DNA of 47,788 bases from an uncultured Clostridia bacterium (GTDB lineage: Bacteria; Bacillota; Clostridia; Lachnospirales; CAG-274), in the NCBI GenBank assembly GCA_947589405.1, contig CANQBT010000001.1, forward strand, positions 1-47,788, written 5' to 3'. The first letter of the stretch is position 1; each line of letters begins with the position of its first letter. This document shows positions 44,847 through 47,788 of this stretch, one piece after another. The notes beneath the pieces are model-generated. The model searched no databases and had not been told where the DNA came from. It saw nothing but the letters and a program-made list of their open reading frames with translations. Position numbers and translations under genes: made by a program.

Positions 44847-47633
44847 ATGAACGAAAAAAAGAAAAATCTGTTCTATGACAACAGGTTTGTAATACTGGCG
44901 TTTGTCCTTACGGCGCTTATAATGGGTACTACATATATTCTGAGACATGTATATCCCTTCGGTGATCAGATAGTGCTGAAGGTGGATCTTTACCATCAGT
45001 ACGCCCCCTTCCACGAAGAGCTTAGAAGCCGTATAGTAAACGGACAGAGCCTTATATACAGCTGGGAAGGCGGTCTTGGCAAGGAATTTATAACACAGGT
45101 AGCCTACTATACGGCAAGTCCCATAAGTATATTGATACTGCTCTTTTCTCAGGAGCTGCTGCCGGAAGCCCTTGCCATATTCATACTTTTAAAGACATGC
45201 TTTACAGCGGCGTTCTTTTCCTACTATTTAAGAAAACACTTTGACAAAAACGATATTTCAATTACAATATTCGGTCTGCTCTACGCCTTTACGGCATTTA
45301 TGACAGGCTATTACTGGAATGTCATGTGGCTTGACACAGTTGCCATATTCCCTCTTGTAGCACTTGGAATAGAAAAGCTTATACACGAGGATAAGCATGT
45401 TTTCTATCTTGTAGCACTTGTGTTCACAATGATAGTTAACTTCTATATGGCTGTTATCGTATGCGTATTTTCAGCTCTGTACTTTCTTGTTGTGCTCTTT
45501 TCGGAAAACAGCTGGAGTAAAAACAGAAGCTTTATAATATCCAGATTTATCAAATTTTCAATAGTATCCATAATAGCGGCTCTTATTTCAATGTTCATAC
45601 TGGCGCCTGTTGCCATTGCGCTTGGACAGACAGCTACAAGCGATACAAGCTTCCCACAGTTTGATATATACGACAATGTATATCAGCTTATTACCAACCA
45701 CTTCATAGGCGCAAGACCTGTCGTGCTGGCAAGAAACGAGGACCTTCCCAATGTATACTGCGGTATTGTGACTATGATGCTGATACCTCTGTATTTCTTC
45801 AATACAAAGATAGCGAAGAAGGAAAAAACACTTATAGCGGTTCTTCTTATATTCATGCTTATGTGTGCCTGCATAAAGCCTTTGGACTTTATGATACATG
45901 GCTTCCACTTCCCGTCTAATCTGCCTCACAGATATACATTCATATACAGCTTTATAATGCTTGTGATAGCATATAAGGGTCTTATGAATATAAAGTCTGC
46001 GGATATGATGTGGGTAGTGCTTTCGGGCGTTATATATGCGGTAGTTATACTGGTTACGGAATATATACTGGTGCCGAATATAAGCGATATAGACAGAGTA
46101 CTTTCCGATACAGATATTATTATAAACATTACGGCTATGATAGTTTATGGCGTGCTTATAAGCATGTACAAAAACACAAAGTCCTCCAATGTTACGGGAC
46201 TGCTCTGCATATTCCTTGTGCTGGCAATAGCCGAGTGTCTTTTCTCCAGCTATGAAGGTCTTGACAGGACCACTTCAAGAGATGAATATGTAAGATATAT
46301 AGAAAATGCCGACAAGGCAGTAGAATATCTTGATGAAAAGGAAAACGGCAATTTTTACAGAACGGAATTCAGGCGCTTTACAACAATAAACGATGCAGCG
46401 CTTTATCACTACAGAGGATTTTCACAGTTCTCATCACTTGCGCCCGGCGGTATATCAGAATTCATAGGTCATCTGGGTATAGCCGCTACAGGCAACAGCT
46501 ACAGATATTACGATCCTACGGCTCTTGTAGACGCTATGTTCGACCTTAAGTACGTTATGAATAAGGCGGCGGACAACGGCGACGGTACTATAAAGAACGA
46601 GAGATATGAAAAGGAGACCGAGTTCGGAAACGTATGGATATACAGAAACGACAGAGTGCTTCCTCTTGGATTTATGGTAAACAATGATATTGAGAACTGG
46701 GAAACTACGGAGTCAATGCCTTTCAGGGTACAGAACGACTTTGTAAAGCTGGCGGCAGGCATAGATGAAGAGATGTTCACAGACGTTCAGCCCGACAGTA
46801 TTACAAAGACATATATGGAGGTAACGGAAGATATTAACTCCAACGAATTTAAATATAAGCTGACCGATCCGGCTAATCTGGACCTTCTGCCTACCGTTAC
46901 AACGGAATTTACCTCAGATAAGGATCAATACCTGTTTGTATATGTAGACGCAGGAAACGCCAAGAGAGTCAAATACAAGACCGATACGGCTAACGAGGAC
47001 AGAGAGCTTTCGGCAGGCAAGAGTCTTTTCGATATAGGAAATGTAAAGGCAGGAGAAAAGATAACCGTTACATTTGAGCTTACAAACAAGGGTGAGTTTG
47101 AAAAGACATACAGAAAAGACGGTACTGTCAAGATATACGGCGCAAGCTATAATGATGAGGTATTCCAGAAGGCATATGACAAGCTTAAGGAGCATCCTTA
47201 CAATATCACAAGCTTTGAGGATACTCATATAGAGGGTACCGTAAATGCAGCTCAGGACGGTGTGCTCTTTACATCTATACCGTATATAGGCGGCTGGAAG
47301 GTATTTCTTGATGGACAGCCTGTGGATAAGGTATCTGTAGGCGATGACGGTGTCATAGGCGTTAAGGTACCTGCCGGAGAGCACAGTATCACATTTGACT
47401 TTACCTCTAAGGGACTTGTACCTTCTATAATAGTATCTGCCGCAGGTATCGCTATTGCAATAATATATACTCTTATAGACAAGAAGAGAAGGCTTAAAGC
47501 GGAGGAAAAGGCTGCTCAGGTGAAAGCCCATGAGGAAGCGGTCGCAGAAAGCATAAAAGCTCAAAAGGCAGAAGAAAAACGTATAAAAGCCGAAAGCAAG
47601 CCTAAAAAGCTTTCTAAGAAAGGCAGGAAATAG
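44847..47633 (+). CDS. YfhO-family polytopic membrane glycosyltransferase
   Basis: 928 aa with the YfhO N-terminal pattern (YPFGDQIVLKVDLYHQYAPFHEELR), more than 12 TM helices, a large extracytoplasmic domain, a final TM helix, and a K/E-rich tail. Confidence 0.85.
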   Translation: MNEKKKNLFYDNRFVILAFVLTALIMGTTYILRHVYPFGDQIVLKVDLYHQYAPFHEELRSRIVNGQSLIYSWEGGLGKEFITQVAYYTASPISILILLFSQELLPEALAIFILLKTCFTAAFFSYYLRKHFDKNDISITIFGLLYAFTAFMTGYYWNVMWLDTVAIFPLVALGIEKLIHEDKHVFYLVALVFTMIVNFYMAVIVCVFSALYFLVVLFSENSWSKNRSFIISRFIKFSIVSIIAALISMFILAPVAIALGQTATSDTSFPQFDIYDNVYQLITNHFIGARPVVLARNEDLPNVYCGIVTMMLIPLYFFNTKIAKKEKTLIAVLLIFMLMCACIKPLDFMIHGFHFPSNLPHRYTFIYSFIMLVIAYKGLMNIKSADMMWVVLSGVIYAVVILVTEYILVPNISDIDRVLSDTDIIINITAMIVYGVLISMYKNTKSSNVTGLLCIFLVLAIAECLFSSYEGLDRTTSRDEYVRYIENADKAVEYLDEKENGNFYRTEFRRFTTINDAALYHYRGFSQFSSLAPGGISEFIGHLGIAATGNSYRYYDPTALVDAMFDLKYVMNKAADNGDGTIKNERYEKETEFGNVWIYRNDRVLPLGFMVNNDIENWETTESMPFRVQNDFVKLAAGIDEEMFTDVQPDSITKTYMEVTEDINSNEFKYKLTDPANLDLLPTVTTEFTSDKDQYLFVYVDAGNAKRVKYKTDTANEDRELSAGKSLFDIGNVKAGEKITVTFELTNKGEFEKTYRKDGTVKIYGASYNDEVFQKAYDKLKEHPYNITSFEDTHIEGTVNAAQDGVLFTSIPYIGGWKVFLDGQPVDKVSVGDDGVIGVKVPAGEHSITFDFTSKGLVPSIIVSAAGIAIAIIYTLIDKKRRLKAEEKAAQVKAHEEAVAESIKAQKAEEKRIKAESKPKKLSKKGRK

Positions 47634-47635
47634 AT

Positions 47636-47788
47636 ATGGGTAAAATAAAGGTAACGAAATGCCATATAGAAGGTCTTTGCGTAATAGAGCCTACAGTATT
47701 CGGAGATGAAAGAGGATACTTTATGGAAACATACAATCTCAACGATTTCAAGGCTGAGGGACTGGATATGGTATTTGTTCAGGACAAT
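47636..47788 (+). CDS. rfbC: dTDP-4-dehydrorhamnose 3,5-epimerase (5' part; runs off the window)
   Basis: MGKIKVTKCHIEGLCVIEPTVFGDERGYFMETYNLNDFKAEGLDMVFVQDN matches the RmlC N-terminus (GDERGYF.E...F.Q.N). Confidence 0.85.
   Translation, partial: MGKIKVTKCHIEGLCVIEPTVFGDERGYFMETYNLNDFKAEGLDMVFVQDN

Noticed and set aside
1-47788. Looked for tRNA, rRNA, tmRNA-like genes, CRISPR arrays, integrases/transposases, toxin-antitoxin pairs and known defence-system genes.
   Set aside because: None was recognised. Every sizeable ORF has a housekeeping or envelope assignment or is a secreted orphan. No direct-repeat/spacer array is present. The only recurrent non-coding sequence is the three-copy repeat family reported above.

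Overview
This 47.8-kb window looks like ordinary chromosome from a low-GC Gram-positive anaerobe. I infer Clostridia-like from AGGAGG-type RBSs, the rpsU-yqeY pair, FtsEX-M23, YfhO and stalk-domain wall proteins; there is no rRNA here to confirm it. All product calls come from motif recognition in the supplied translations, with no database search. About 40 genes are present. They include an ACT-hom-lysC aspartate-pathway operon and two cell-division/wall clusters: ftsE-ftsX-M23 peptidase-beta-propeller protein, and zapA-U32-SEDS-PBP2. Also present are rpsU-yqeY (rpsU is missing from the ORF track), a feoA-feoB fusion, an NCS2 purine permease, livJHMGF, cinA-recA, a HIT protein, cls, potABCD, a GT2-GtrA-YfhO glycosylation module and the start of rmlC. 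I found no tRNA, rRNA, CRISPR array, transposase, phage gene or recognisable defence gene. The most unusual signal is non-coding. The three largest gene-free gaps (about 23.6, 33.4 and 43.0 kb) each hold a copy of one structured repeat family, all on the + strand. The copies have pairing-capable ends, several conserved hairpins, compensatory base changes and modular insertions at loops. This could be a structured RNA or a MITE/REP-like element. The second most unusual signal is a PotA ATPase with about 180 extra residues, made of two tandem ~88-aa repeats, inserted in its C-terminal regulatory domain. Several envelope and division proteins also carry long low-complexity tracts encoded by DNA tandem repeats.
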